Source: an uncultured bacterium
GTDB taxonomy: Bacteria > Actinomycetota > Acidimicrobiia > Spongiisociales > UBA5794
Assembly: GCA_963801165.1 (NCBI GenBank)
Contig: CAWDDT010000013.1
Location: 1-64,000 of the forward strand
Reading direction: 5' to 3'
Length of the DNA: 64,000 nt
Made by a program: the position numbers and the translations under genes. The notes below the pieces were generated by a model, which saw only the letters and a program-made list of their open reading frames with translations, had not been told where the DNA came from and did no database searches. This document shows, one piece after another, positions 8,999 to 19,950 of this stretch (its first letter is position 1; every line of letters begins with the position of its first letter).

Positions 8999-11900
8999 CT
9001 ACCCGCATCCATCGTTCCAATGAGAATCGAAGGACTCCAGCCAATTCGCCAGAGTCTGTGACTCAGCTATCAAGCAGCCAGTTTGCCCATGCAATTCCAG
9101 TCTGTCGATCGCTAGAGCGAGCAAGGCATCTGGGACCAGCCCGGACAACGAGTTATCCGAGAGATACATGCCTGTGAGGTTGGACAGGTTCCCGAGTTCC
9201 GGAGGAATCGAACCGGTCAACGAGTTGAACGACAGTGACAGTCCCGTGAGATTCGTCAGGTTGCCCAATTCAGGCGGGATTGAACCGGACAGCGAATTGT
9301 TGGCAAGCCACAGAACATCAAGGTTACTCAGATTTCCCAATTCGGGCGGAAGCGGACCGGACAGTGAGTTGTCGTATAGGTAGAGCGTTTCCAGATTCTC
9401 AAGACTTCCCAATTCAGGCGGGATCGCACCCGACAGTAGATTGTCATCGAGCGACAGCCACTCCAACTTGGACAGGTTCCCGAGTTCCGGGGGAATCGAA
9501 CCGGTCAACGAGTTGAACGACAGTGACAGTTGCGTGAGATTCGTCAAGTCACCCAACTCAGGCGGAACTGGACCCGACAACTCTGGGTTGCCGGCAAGCG
9601 CCAGATCATAAAGGTTACTCAGATTTCCCAATTCGGGCGGAATCGATCCTGATAGATCGCCGTCTAGGCTGAGGACGGTGAGATCTGTCAGGCCACCTAG
9701 CTCGGGCGGAATGGTGCCGGACAGTGCGGTGTCGCCGAGCTGCAGGAAATAGAGATTAGTCAGGTTGCCCAGCTCCGGCGGAATCACGCCCGACAATGAC
9801 GGCTCGTTGTACAGTGACAGAACCTCAAGGTCAGCTAGGTCATCTATCCGTGAGGGAATCGAACCCACCAAGGAATTGCCGGTGAACACCAGCCGAATTA
9901 GCTTGCCATCGGTGCAGGACACACCGAACCAATTGCATGGATCGGGGATATCAAGCCAGCCGGTATTGTCAGTCCAGTTATCTCCGCCGGTCGCGAGATA
10001 GAACGCAACCAGCGCATCGCACTGCTGTTGGGGGACCGACGCTCGAGACGCGCATCCCGCCCAGCCTGGTGACCCACTTGCGACGATCATCCCTAGCGAG
10101 GTGAGGTCGCCCAGGCCGTTGGTATCCGTGGCGGCAATCTCGAAGTTGTACACCCCGACCGCAACCGGCGTGCCTGTGATCTCGCCTCCCGAACTCAGGA
10201 CTAGACCGTCTGGTAGCGTTCCTGACCTGACTGTCCACGTGTACGGAGGAGTGCCTCCTTCTGCCTGGAGTTGGTAGGCGTAGCTCTCACCTTCGGTCGC
10301 CTCGGGGAGAGCAGTAGTTGTGATCGCGACCGGTGAGCCTTCGTACGGTCCGGATGCCTGGGCTAAGATCCTTTCGCAGCAGTTGATCTCAGCAACGGTG
10401 ATCTCACCCTTTTCGATGAACAGGTCCCAGTTGATATCGAAGGCGATCCTGCCTCCGGCCTTGAGAATCCACCACGGGTTGTCGGTAACGTCGGCGGTAA
10501 GATCAACGTAAGGTCCGATCTTGATCTCGGCGCCGAGTCGGTCCCGATATGAGAGATCGAGCTGAGGCCCGACATAGATGTTTAGGGTGCCACCGGAAGA
10601 GATAGTGACTTCCGGGGTATCTGCGTTGTCGTGATGTTCCGAGATGCGGTGGAAGCCTCCGTTGGCATACTCAGCACCGACGTGGAAGAAGTCGTGCCGG
10701 CTAAAGTTGAACCCGACCCTCGTGTCGAGCCTTACCTGGCCCTCAAGTTCAAACTCCAACGCCACGTCGACGGGGAAGCCCCCAGGGCCGGGGAAGGAAC
10801 CTAGCGGGATGTGTACTGGTTCCCACTCGAGGTCACAGTCGACACCCGCAATCGGGGTGGAGCCAACCAACGCGGAATCGAGCGCTACGTCCGCGGTTAG
10901 GTGAGCCACGGTTGGGACACCCGGGCCCCAGTTGAATACTGCGTTCCAGCTTGGCCCCTTTACATCGATCGTTGCCTTGAGGTCAGGTAGCGCTTCTCCT
11001 GGCTGTGCGCACTTCAGGTCATACTGCTTGGCCGACGCAGGAACTGCATACGCTACCGCGTCCTCGACTGGGTCACTCTGATAGACCAAGTGGACCTCGG
11101 GCATAGCTGCCTGCAGTGGGACTTGTTCGGTGCTGACCAGCAAACCACCGCCACCAACGGCTGCCACATCTATGACTCGCCCGAGCACACCGTTGGGGTA
11201 TCGGCTAGTGGGACGCATAGCGAGGATATGGTCAATCGGCGGGGATACAGCGCCCGCAGCCATTGTCACCATGTCGTTACCAGCTGCATCGACGGTCACA
11301 TTGGCGACCTCATTCTCGCCGACGACCGTGGTGACGGTCGGATCGAACCGGTTCACCCCGGGTGAGCCAATATCGGGTTCGCCCATTGCTCGCCACATGA
11401 ACGTCGCCATCTGGCCTCGGGTCACATAGTCGTTTGGGCAGAATCGATCGTTTGCAGGCGGGTTACACCCGGCAGTGATTCCCGCCGCTGCCAGCTTCGC
11501 AATGTCAGACTCGAACACAGACCCGTCATCGTCAACAAACGTGTTACCGCCACCATCATCAGTCAACCCCAAAGCTCGCACCAAGAACGCCGCCATCTGG
11601 CCACGAGTCACCGGATCATTAGGACAGAACATCGTATTGTCCGGCGGATTACAGCCTTTGGTCACACCCGCCTCGGCAAGCCGCTCGATATCGGCCTGAA
11701 AGATCGACACATCATCATCAGCGAACCAGTCCGACCCCGCCCCGTCTCGATAGAACATCAACCGTGTCAAGAACGCAGCCATCTGGCCCCGCGTTACCCG
11801 AGCATCTGGGCAGAACCGATCATTGGACGGTGGATCACAGCCTTTGGTGATGCCCTGATCAGCCAGCCACTCAATCGCGGACCCAAAGACATGACCATCA

Positions 11901-12019
11901 GGCACATCGACGAACCGAGGCGAATCCGCAACCGCCGCCGGCGACCCGTCACCGCCAACCCCCACTAACGCCGTCACCAAGACAGCCACGCCAACTAGCA
12001 GCGACACGCCACGATTCAC
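8999..12019 (-). CDS. Secreted SLH-domain protein with a putative Ig (He_PIG) domain and about 11 plant-type LRRs
   Basis: GTG 12019 after GGAGG; signal peptide; three GIT.GC.PP..FCP..VTRGQMA.F repeats; AEGGTPPYTW..G.LP.GL.L..G.ITGTP; LRR cap W..W..PC.W.GV.C; 24-aa LxxLxLxxNxLSGxIPPELG repeats. Confidence 0.85.
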   Translation of the reverse strand: MNRGVSLLVGVAVLVTALVGVGGDGSPAAVADSPRFVDVPDGHVFGSAIEWLADQGITKGCDPPSNDRFCPDARVTRGQMAAFLTRLMFYRDGAGSDWFADDDVSIFQADIERLAEAGVTKGCNPPDNTMFCPNDPVTRGQMAAFLVRALGLTDDGGGNTFVDDDGSVFESDIAKLAAAGITAGCNPPANDRFCPNDYVTRGQMATFMWRAMGEPDIGSPGVNRFDPTVTTVVGENEVANVTVDAAGNDMVTMAAGAVSPPIDHILAMRPTSRYPNGVLGRVIDVAAVGGGGLLVSTEQVPLQAAMPEVHLVYQSDPVEDAVAYAVPASAKQYDLKCAQPGEALPDLKATIDVKGPSWNAVFNWGPGVPTVAHLTADVALDSALVGSTPIAGVDCDLEWEPVHIPLGSFPGPGGFPVDVALEFELEGQVRLDTRVGFNFSRHDFFHVGAEYANGGFHRISEHHDNADTPEVTISSGGTLNIYVGPQLDLSYRDRLGAEIKIGPYVDLTADVTDNPWWILKAGGRIAFDINWDLFIEKGEITVAEINCCERILAQASGPYEGSPVAITTTALPEATEGESYAYQLQAEGGTPPYTWTVRSGTLPDGLVLSSGGEITGTPVAVGVYNFEIAATDTNGLGDLTSLGMIVASGSPGWAGCASRASVPQQQCDALVAFYLATGGDNWTDNTGWLDIPDPCNWFGVSCTDGKLIRLVFTGNSLVGSIPSRIDDLADLEVLSLYNEPSLSGVIPPELGNLTNLYFLQLGDTALSGTIPPELGGLTDLTVLSLDGDLSGSIPPELGNLSNLYDLALAGNPELSGPVPPELGDLTNLTQLSLSFNSLTGSIPPELGNLSKLEWLSLDDNLLSGAIPPELGSLENLETLYLYDNSLSGPLPPELGNLSNLDVLWLANNSLSGSIPPELGNLTNLTGLSLSFNSLTGSIPPELGNLSNLTGMYLSDNSLSGLVPDALLALAIDRLELHGQTGCLIAESQTLANWLESFDSHWNDGCG

Positions 12020-12188
12020 TCCGATACCTCCACGTCCCACGAGGATCCCCGCGTACAATAGCCACAACTGGCACAACTACCCAGACCCCATAGCCAACAA
12101 CGAGGGCGACCAGCACCAACGCCCGACGCAACGCTGCTACGTCACCCTGGGTGCCGCCATAGGGCGCTGGCAGGCAAGAACTCACCAG

Positions 12189-14165
12189 TCATGAGATGCC
12201 CAGGCTGAACTCCGTGGTGGGTCGATGGTTTCTGCTTGGAAGGCGACTGTGCTGCAGGTAGCGTCGGATCGTCCGCTCGTCGCGGCCTGTCAGCGTGCAG
12301 ATGAGGTGGATAGCTTCATCGCGGTCATCGGCGTGGACGATCGTTGCGACGACCCCGCCGGCGCTTCGGATTGCCCGAGCCAGACTCTCCGGCTCCTCCA
12401 GGTTGTGACGGTGAAGGGCATCCTCGATCAGGCAGAGCTCAAGCAATGTGGTCTCCTCGAGAGCACGGGCGAATGCCGGTGTATCGCTGGTGAGAAGCTC
12501 CGCTGGATCTCGGTTCTCGGGAAGGTGTGCAACCGACAGGCGAACGGGGCGGTTGGCACGTAGGTTGGCGGCGCGGCGTGCTGCGAGCAGACCTGCACGA
12601 TCACCATCAAAGGCGAGCGTCACGTTGGTGGTGATCCGAGCAAGTGTGTCTAGGTGCTCGGCGGTCAGTGCGGTACCGGCCGTGGCGATGACATTAGAAA
12701 AGCCAGACTTGGTGGGCAGCGATGGCGTCGGTGTATCCCTCGACAACGATCGCTCCCCCGGCATCCATGATCGGCTGTCCCGCGAGGTGGAGACCGTATA
12801 GCAGCGACCCCTTGTGGTACAGCTCGGTCTCGGGGCTGTTGAGATACTTGGGGCCGTCGCCTTCGATGAGTCTCCCGGCGAACCCCCGCGGTCTGCCCTC
12901 TTGGTCGAGGATCGGGAAGACCACTCGGTCGCGCATCCGGTCGTACAGGCGGCCGTTTCGTGACCTTCCCACGACGCCGGCGGCAAGCATTATCTCGTCA
13001 CCGAACCCTCCATGGCGAAGTTTGGTGGTCAGTGCCTGCCAAGCGTTCGGGGCGTATCCGAGCTGCCATGTGTCGAGCGATTCATCACTCATGTTCCGAG
13101 AGTTCAGGTATTCGAGGGCTTGGGCTCCGGCCGGGCTGCGGAGCTGCTGCATGTAGAAATCAGTTGCCGCCTCCAGGACCCGTTCGAGATCTCGTCGGAC
13201 CGGGCTCCGGGAGCGTCTGACTTCGCCACCGCCCTCTGTCGACATCTCGATCACTCGTGGATTCTTTTCCCGTTCGTGCTCGAGGTCGCGGCTCTGTTCG
13301 AGCTGGTCGATCACGGTTCGGGCGCAGCCGATGACCCGGTTGGCGGTGGCTGTCACCTTGGCGAGATCGCCTCCGCTCCACGAAGCCACATAGGGGAGGC
13401 TGTAACCGGCGCTGTCGATCCCAAGCGCGGCGCACACCATGTATGCCACAGACTCGGCCTCTACCTCGATGATGCCACGGCAGGTTGGTCGCTCCTGTGA
13501 GGTCGGTTCGTGCAGCCGAACGTGGGCGAGTTCATGGACGGCGGTCTTGAAGCGCTGAGCGCCGGGGAGGCTGGCGCGTACGATCACGTCCCGCTGGGTC
13601 CAGTCGGTGATGCCGTTGGCTTCGTCCGAGCCGGTCGGAATCGGCCACTTGGAAACCGAACCCGGCGTCGGCGATCAGCTTGGTGACCTGTTCCCAATGG
13701 GCCGGGAGACTCCCCTCCAAGAGCTCTGCCCGCATCTCGGGTAGGGGTTCCCCGTCGGTTTGCGACTGGTCGAAGACGTGGACGATGCGATACCCGACCA
13801 CCCGCCGTTCCTCCTTCTCCTGTTCCCGTGCCTCATTTTCCGGCGTGATCTTGCGGATGATCGGAGCGAGGATCTGCAAACCTCGTTCACCTCGCCGCAC
13901 CTGGCGGCCGAGCTGCTGCCACGCTCGATAGCCAGCGACCCGACTCGGGGTGAAACCCCGAGCCAAGTGACTGCGCCCAGATGAGCCGAGTGTTGGCGAA
14001 CGAGTAGTCGTGGAAGCGGGCCGCCACAGCCAAAGCTCGCTGCCAATCCTCAGACGAGATCAGCTCCTGGAGCGAGTCTTGGAGCTGGACGTGAAGCCGC
14101 TCAACGGCTTCGCTGCGCTCGACGTTCTCATCGGAGTGATCCACCCCCGCATCCTCTGACCCCAC
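12189..14165 (-). pseudogene. ArdC-like ssDNA-binding domain + HExxH metallopeptidase + DnaG-type primase (Toprim) fusion, with 3 frameshifts
   Basis: Consecutive fragments: FHDYSFANTRLI; VAGYRAWQQLGRQVRRGERG; HELAH..EVEAESVAY; LGYAP..DRMRDRVVFPI..GFAGR..PKYLNSPET..LYGL..VVEGYTD; GTALT..AFDGDRAG..DPAELL. Confidence 0.8.
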
Positions 14166-14277
14166 CCTCTCACCAGAGTCTCACCAGCCCTCTGATCAGA
14201 GTCTCAGCAACCCTCTCAAGAGCCGCCAACCCGGTCCCGGTCCAGGCTGTCGTCGAATGGGACTCTGGTGAGAGGGT
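14164..14277. promoter_or_regulatory. 23-bp direct repeats plus a perfect 17-bp inverted repeat in the divergent region between the primase fusion and xis
   Basis: CCCTCTCACCAGAGTCTCACCAG (14165), CCCTCTGATCAGAGTCTCAGCAA (14188), CCCTCTCA (14211). ACCCTCTCACCAGAGTC (14164-14180) is inverted at 14261-14277. Confidence 0.7.
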
Positions 14278-14305
14278 CCGCCGGCACGATCAGCCAATGC
14301 ACACG

Positions 14306-14521
14306 ATGGATGAGCTGATCACACCGAGCGAGCTCGCCGAGTACCTTGGGGTGCCGGTGGCGACCCTCTACGTATGGCGGCACCGGCAACTGGGTCCCCC
14401 TGCGTTCCGAGCCGGCCGGTACCTCAGATACCGAACCAGCGACGTGGAGCGCTGGATCGCTGATCGCGTCGAGACACCGAAACGGGGATCCACCCGGCCA
14501 CGCAAGCCAGCGCGTCGGTAA
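14306..14521 (+). CDS. Excisionase / AlpA-like HTH DNA-binding protein
   Basis: MDELITPSELAEYLGVPVATLYVWRHRQLGPPAFRAGRYLRYRTSDVERWI; directly upstream of the integrase. Confidence 0.88.
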   Translation: MDELITPSELAEYLGVPVATLYVWRHRQLGPPAFRAGRYLRYRTSDVERWIADRVETPKRGSTRPRKPARR

Positions 14522-14589
14522 GCGAGGTATGTTGGGTGCTGGCCGTGCGGCAGACTCGATAGGTGGTCTGAGAGACAGGGAGGACAACC

Positions 14590-15739
14590 ATGGCTCGTGG
14601 TTCGATCGATCGACGCGACAACGGCAGGTACCGCGCTCGCCATGAAGGGACCGATGGCCGTTGGCACAGCCGGACCTTTGATCGGAGGGTGGACGCGGAA
14701 CGGTGGCTGAGCGACCAGGTGTCGCGAACGAGCCACGGGACATGGATCGATCCCAACGCCGGACTGATCTCTCTCGAGGAGTACAGCGAGGCATGGCTGG
14801 CAGCCAAGTCACGCCTCAAGCCCAAGACTCGCCAGGGCTACCTCTCACTCCTGAGGTCCCGGATCCTCCCCGAGCTCGGCGACAGGCGACTCGCCACCAT
14901 CGACCGTGCGCAAGTCGGTAGCTGGGTCAGCAAAATGACCCGCGACGGCCTGTCACCCTCCCGGATTCGCCAGGCTCACCAGTGTCTGGCTGCGATCCTC
15001 GAACAGGCAGTCGATGACCGGCTCATCAGCCAGAACCCTGCTCGTCGCGTGGAGCTTCCTCGACAGGCCCAGCCCGAACACCGCTACCTCACCTCCGATC
15101 AGGTCGAGCGGCTTGCCGAGGCGATGCCGGACCCACAGTATTCAACAATGGTCTTTGTGCTCGCGTACGGCGGGCTCCGGTGGGGAGAACTCGCAGCACT
15201 CCGCCGCGACCGGGTAGACGTGCTACGCCGGCAACTCCACGTCACAGAGGCATTGGCTGAACTCGGCGGGCGCCTCGAGTTCGGGTCTCACCAAGACACA
15301 CCGCTCACGAACGGCCTACCTTCCACGGTTCGTTGCCGAAATGGTCGGACAGCACCTCAACGATGTCCCGCCCGAGCCAGATTCCCTGGTGTTCACGGCA
15401 CCGAACGGCGGACCGCTCCGGTACTCGAACATGAGGCGCCGGTTCTGGAACCCGGCGAGATCAAGAGCTGGCGAGGACCTGGCGGCGATCACCCCGCACG
15501 ACCTCCGGCACACGTGCGCGTCGCTGATGAGAGCGGCAGGCGCCGACGTGAAGGCAATCCAGCAGCAGCTCGGTCACCGCAGCGCGACCGTGACCCTCGA
15601 CACCTACACCCACCTCTTCGAAGGCGACCTCGCCGCGATCATGGACAGACTCGATGCATACACAGCCACTGCCGACCGCTCCAAGCCAGCCGTACCGGGC
15701 GTTGCCAGCCTGAGCCGTTCCGGAAATGCGGTAGGTTGA
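14590..15739 (+). CDS. Tyrosine recombinase/integrase (one frameshift near 15285)
   Basis: GGAGG RBS; GGLRWGELAAL; after the shift TKTHRSR..PHDLRHTCAS..LGH..TLDTYTH (R-K-H-R-H-Y catalytic set). Confidence 0.9.
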
Positions 15740-16014
15740 CGAAGAGCCGCTTCCGTGAAGCCTTTCGACCAGCGCCTACCGAGTTCGGCTTGCTACTGCT
15801 CTGCCGGAATCCGACGGTTCCGCTTTCTCGCTTGAACCACCGATCGGCGGTTGTGATTGTCGTTTGCCCGTCATGGAGTCAGGGAACCACTCCACTGTGC
15901 GCCCTGATGCGCCGGAGCGCCCTGCGACGCGCGTGTGAGGTCGCTCCACACAGAACCCGCAGCACGGTGACCACATGAATCTGAGCACGAGCAGTAGGTT
16001 CGCTTGTCAGCTGG

Positions 16015-19000
16015 TTAGCGCACCCCGATGTCGTCCTCCGCTTCGCGATCCTTGTACCACTCGATTTGCGCCACGTATCCATCGATGAGGTTGTCAGCCC
16101 ACGCCACGGCCGAGGTATCAGCCAACGCTTCGCGCCAGCATCGAGCTCTGGCTAGCTCGCCTCCCATTGCGAGGTGATATGGCCCGGAGACGACCCCCAG
16201 CGTGTTGAAGAAACAGATGCTTGCCTCATTGGCGACTTCCTCCAATCGATCAGATGTGAGGAATCTCGCTACGAGGGGGTCAGGCTCATCTCCACGCCAG
16301 TTCATATGATGCAGGGCTCGCCTGAGCTTCAGTTCTGGCCAGTGCCCTATTCGAGACCAGACAGCCTCGGCTCCAATTGATCCAGCGAGTTTGCTCAGGA
16401 CCGCCAGATCACTGGCGGAGAACAAGCCGAACGATGGGGGTTCGTCCTCTTGAATCATGCTCAGAAATGAGCTGGCAAGCTCGGCCGGGGCGAGCTCTAT
16501 GAGACTCTCTACCAGGAGAACGTCTAGGCCACTGATCAGGCTGTCGCGGTTTCTTGATCGGGATTCGAATACGCTCAGTAGCGCTTCGGCATCTAGCACG
16601 GCATGTCGCACCAACCGCTCGATGTAGTGGTCGATCATCGTGCCACTGCTCTCGACGCCTCTTCGGGCGAGGTCGGCAGCGATATCCTGCATAGCATCCG
16701 AATGGTGCTCGTTGGCGTCGAGCCATTGGTCGAGCATCCCAAGAGCGGCTTCGACGTTGCCGGCGGAACATACAGCACGCATCAGTCGCATTGCAATCGG
16801 CGCGTTGAGCGGCCTGATCCTCGCTCCATACAGAAGATGGCCTAGGAAACCCGCTTCGGCCTTGCCTTCATCTATGAGATCTAGAGCTATCCCTGCCCGT
16901 TCTTCATCGAGGGAAAGACTTCGAAGGAGCTCGGGAACTCGCTGTGCGTTCGTTGAGTCGGCGAGCTGCTCTAGGACTCCGGTCGCCCAGTTGCCTTCGC
17001 CATGCGTATCTGCCTCCGTCAGCGCGGCGGCCAGAGCAACCCAATCCTCTCGCGCGAGCGCTCGCCCACCAAGATCACTGGCGCCAATGGCGGACGCCAC
17101 AAGACGACAGAGGGCGTACCGTGTGCTCGGATCATCAACCGTACCGGCGCTGTCGAATAGCAGATCAAGCCCGCCATCAGCATCCACAAGCGCGGCGGCG
17201 AGATCGCTGAGAATCTCGGGTGTGTTGTGGATCTCATCCTTATCCAGGTGGAGGTCCCACTCCGATGTGCTAAGTACTGTCTGGAGCCTTACTGCCAAGT
17301 CATCGCCCAACAGCCAATTGTGAAGCTTCAGGGCAAGATCCCGTATCTCGCTTGGAAGCTCCGTGTCGTATTTCACGACGCCCCTAACGCCGGACGACAG
17401 AGCGGCCTTCTCCGTGGGGGTCCATTGTCTACCACGGATCTCGCGGTCGAACGCAGCGCCCAGTCCACACGCAAAGACAAGACGTGAGGATTGCGACAAC
17501 GCCTGAATGCTGTCCGATCTATCCCAATCGTCTCTATCGATCGCTTTGAGGAGGAGAAGCATTGCTCTTCCGCGTACCCCGATGACTTCCTCTTCAGATC
17601 GCGGTCTCCAATCCTCTGGTTCTCCTCCTCCGGCAAATCCGACGGCAGTCCTCATGTAGTGACTCTGCAAACCGGCCGCTGCGGCACGAGAGAGAAGCGG
17701 AAGATCGCGAGGCCGCGCGAGATCGATCCGCCGTTCCAGCCATTCAGCTCGATCAGCGTAAGGGACCAACGTGCCCGACAGAAACAGCGAGAACGCCTGA
17801 GTGAACTGCCCAGTCGCATTGTTGGACCACGTCTCATTCTCTTCCTGCGCAAGCAAGTAGAGACTCTCGACAGCAGGCACCCAGGTGTCTGGCCGCCACA
17901 GGAGTACCTCCAGCGCCCACACAAGGTCGCGCCTTGGCATGGCGTGCAGCTGCTCCCTGTCGGCCGCTGCGAGAAGACCCTGAATCGCAGACGCTACCTG
18001 CGCTGGGACAATGGCCGCCGATGCCCGCAGGAGACGCCCGGCGGCCTCATCGAAATTCTCTGGTCGACGAAACCGCTCATCGCCGATTAGGGCCAAGAGC
18101 GCACGAGGCAGATGCGGAGCGTCCGGGCCGAAGTAGTCCAATTGTCGCACGAAGGCATCCTGAAGCGGCTGCGACAGTGAAAAGACACGATCGGGGAATG
18201 CTGGCGTTCGCTCGATGAGATCTGTCGCAAGCCAAACAGCAACGAGAAGCGGGGATACGTGTCGATAGCGGCCAGCTCTGGATACGAAACGACCGAGTTC
18301 CTGCTCACAAGCGTGTTCCAAGGCATCCGGGTCGAGATCGAATGCGCTCGCCACTTCGGTCATCTGTGTGCGGACTTCGCCTTCGAATCCAACTCCAACG
18401 AACAGAGCCACTGGCGCCAGGTACTGTCGCGTCTCGTCATCTTTGAGAGCACGTTCCAGGATTGCCGAGGGTTCAGGCAACCGCGAGACTCACCAAATCC
18501 AGTGTCCGGTCAGCCCGCAGTTCTTCGGCGAGAGCGAACGCGAGCTCAGGGAAGCCGGCCGCGACTTCGGCCACTCTGCGGGCATCCCGTTCGGGCAATC
18601 CTGCATGCTCTGCGACCAATGCCCGCATCGCACTGTCGCTCATGGGACGCAGAACAATATTGCGGCTGCTCGTCGGCATCCACTTGGAGTCTCCGTGGCT
18701 CGTGACAGTAACCAGTCGCCACCGGCCGCCAAGCCCACTGATACGCTCCTTCGCTGCCGCAGCATCGTGTGAATCGACTTCATCGACGAAAAGAATCCCC
18801 CGAGACATGGAGTTGCCGCGCCAGCCGCGTGATCAGCAGATTCAGATCGTCCTGACCATTCACCCAGAGAACGAGGTCTCGCGCCTCTTCTATGTCGAGC
18901 GCCTGCGCAACAGTTCGAGTCTTACCGATGCCTGGGTCGCCGTGGAGCTGGAGCAGCAATGGGTCGGTTGAATCACTGGAGAGCCGACCCCGGATCTTCT

Positions 19001-19631
19001 CAACGGCATCATCTCGGGCATCGTCGCTATGGAATGGTCGTTCCTCGGCGCGTAGGTTCCTTAGCAACTCATCCAGAGTTAGAGCGGAGCCGAAGTCCAT
19101 CAAACCGAGGTCTGTTGCTGGCACCGGGTGGATCATGCTCAACACCGCAAGGGTCTGTGCATCCCATACATGGACATCGGGGACACCGGTTACACCGGCC
19201 TCTTTAAGAACGGCCTCAGCCTCCCTAAGTAGCGCTTCCTCAACGGCAGCGCGCTGTTGAGCATTCAGATCCTGTGACCACACGAGCACGTAGGCGCCGC
19301 CATCGACCAATAGCCGCTTGGGACCTGGTTTGCGGAGTTCCTCCGCGAGCTTCAGAGCGCTGGGGATCTTGCGTCGTGCGGTCTTGAGTTGGAAGCCCAT
19401 GCGACCCTCGGTCAGATCTGTTGCGGGCCTCGACTCCCTTACCGCCGCTGGTACGTCTTCTAGGACTGCGTCCAAGCCTCCATCAGGTTCTGTAATCGCG
19501 TCGGACATGACCATCCGCGTAGAGGACACCCCAACGCGCAGAGATTCTGCTGCGAGCAACCCTTCAACAAAGGCTGTGAAGGTTCCTGGGTCTAGGCGCG
19601 CCACGAGAGGTTTCAACGTTGCAGGGTTCAC
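16015..19631 (-). CDS. REase-like nuclease + STAND-type NTPase + long helical C-terminal domain (Avs/NLR-like defence protein), frameshifted near 18800 and 18480
   Basis: PDGGLDA..FQLK (PD-D/ExK-like); Walker A GDPGIGKT; Walker B ILFVDE; AGFPELA (GxP); ~820-aa helical tail. GTG start at 19631 is inferred. Confidence 0.65.
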
Positions 19632-19915
19632 GGCAGTTGGGCTCCCTTCTGCGTCGGGATCGATCCGGCTCCGTCTCTGCCCGGGCCGAGAGCGCACCCG
19701 TTCGCCTAGGCAGCATTCCGCTGTTTGATCGTTTGCACCATACGGCCTCGCCATAGCCTGGTCGACTTGGCCACCTCTCGACGGCGTCTACAAACACCCC
19801 ACCAATAGATAGAAACAACAAGATCCTCGCGCCACAGAAGTTGTGCGAGCAGACGTGTATCCAGAATCGCGCGTCCTGTACGCGTCCTGAGGCTGTCTCG
19901 GCGCCTTGGGAGAAT

Positions 19916-19947
19916 CAAGAAAAACCCCCTCTGACCTGGGGGTTCTT
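19916..19947 (-). terminator. Intrinsic terminator downstream of the tRNA
   Basis: Minus strand AACCCCC-AGGTCAGA-GGGGGTT followed by TTTCTT. Confidence 0.6.
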
Positions 19948-19950
19948 CGG

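Larger units (their letters stand above)
12189..19950. mobile_element. tRNA-proximal part of an integrative element/genomic island (primase fusion, xis, int, defence cargo); probably extends to or beyond position 1
   Basis: Tyrosine integrase plus excisionase ~4.2 kb from a tRNA 3' end, with defence-type cargo. Distal att site not found in the window. Confidence 0.65.

Noticed and set aside
15283-15290. Programmed ribosomal frameshift in the integrase
   Set aside because: No slippery heptamer at the shift, and neighbouring genes have similar indels, pointing to error or decay.
15290-15978. C-terminal half of the 462-aa ORF 14590-15978 as real integrase sequence
   Set aside because: The catalytic HxLRH/LGH/Y motifs are in the other frame (15341-15739); this tail is out-of-frame read-through.
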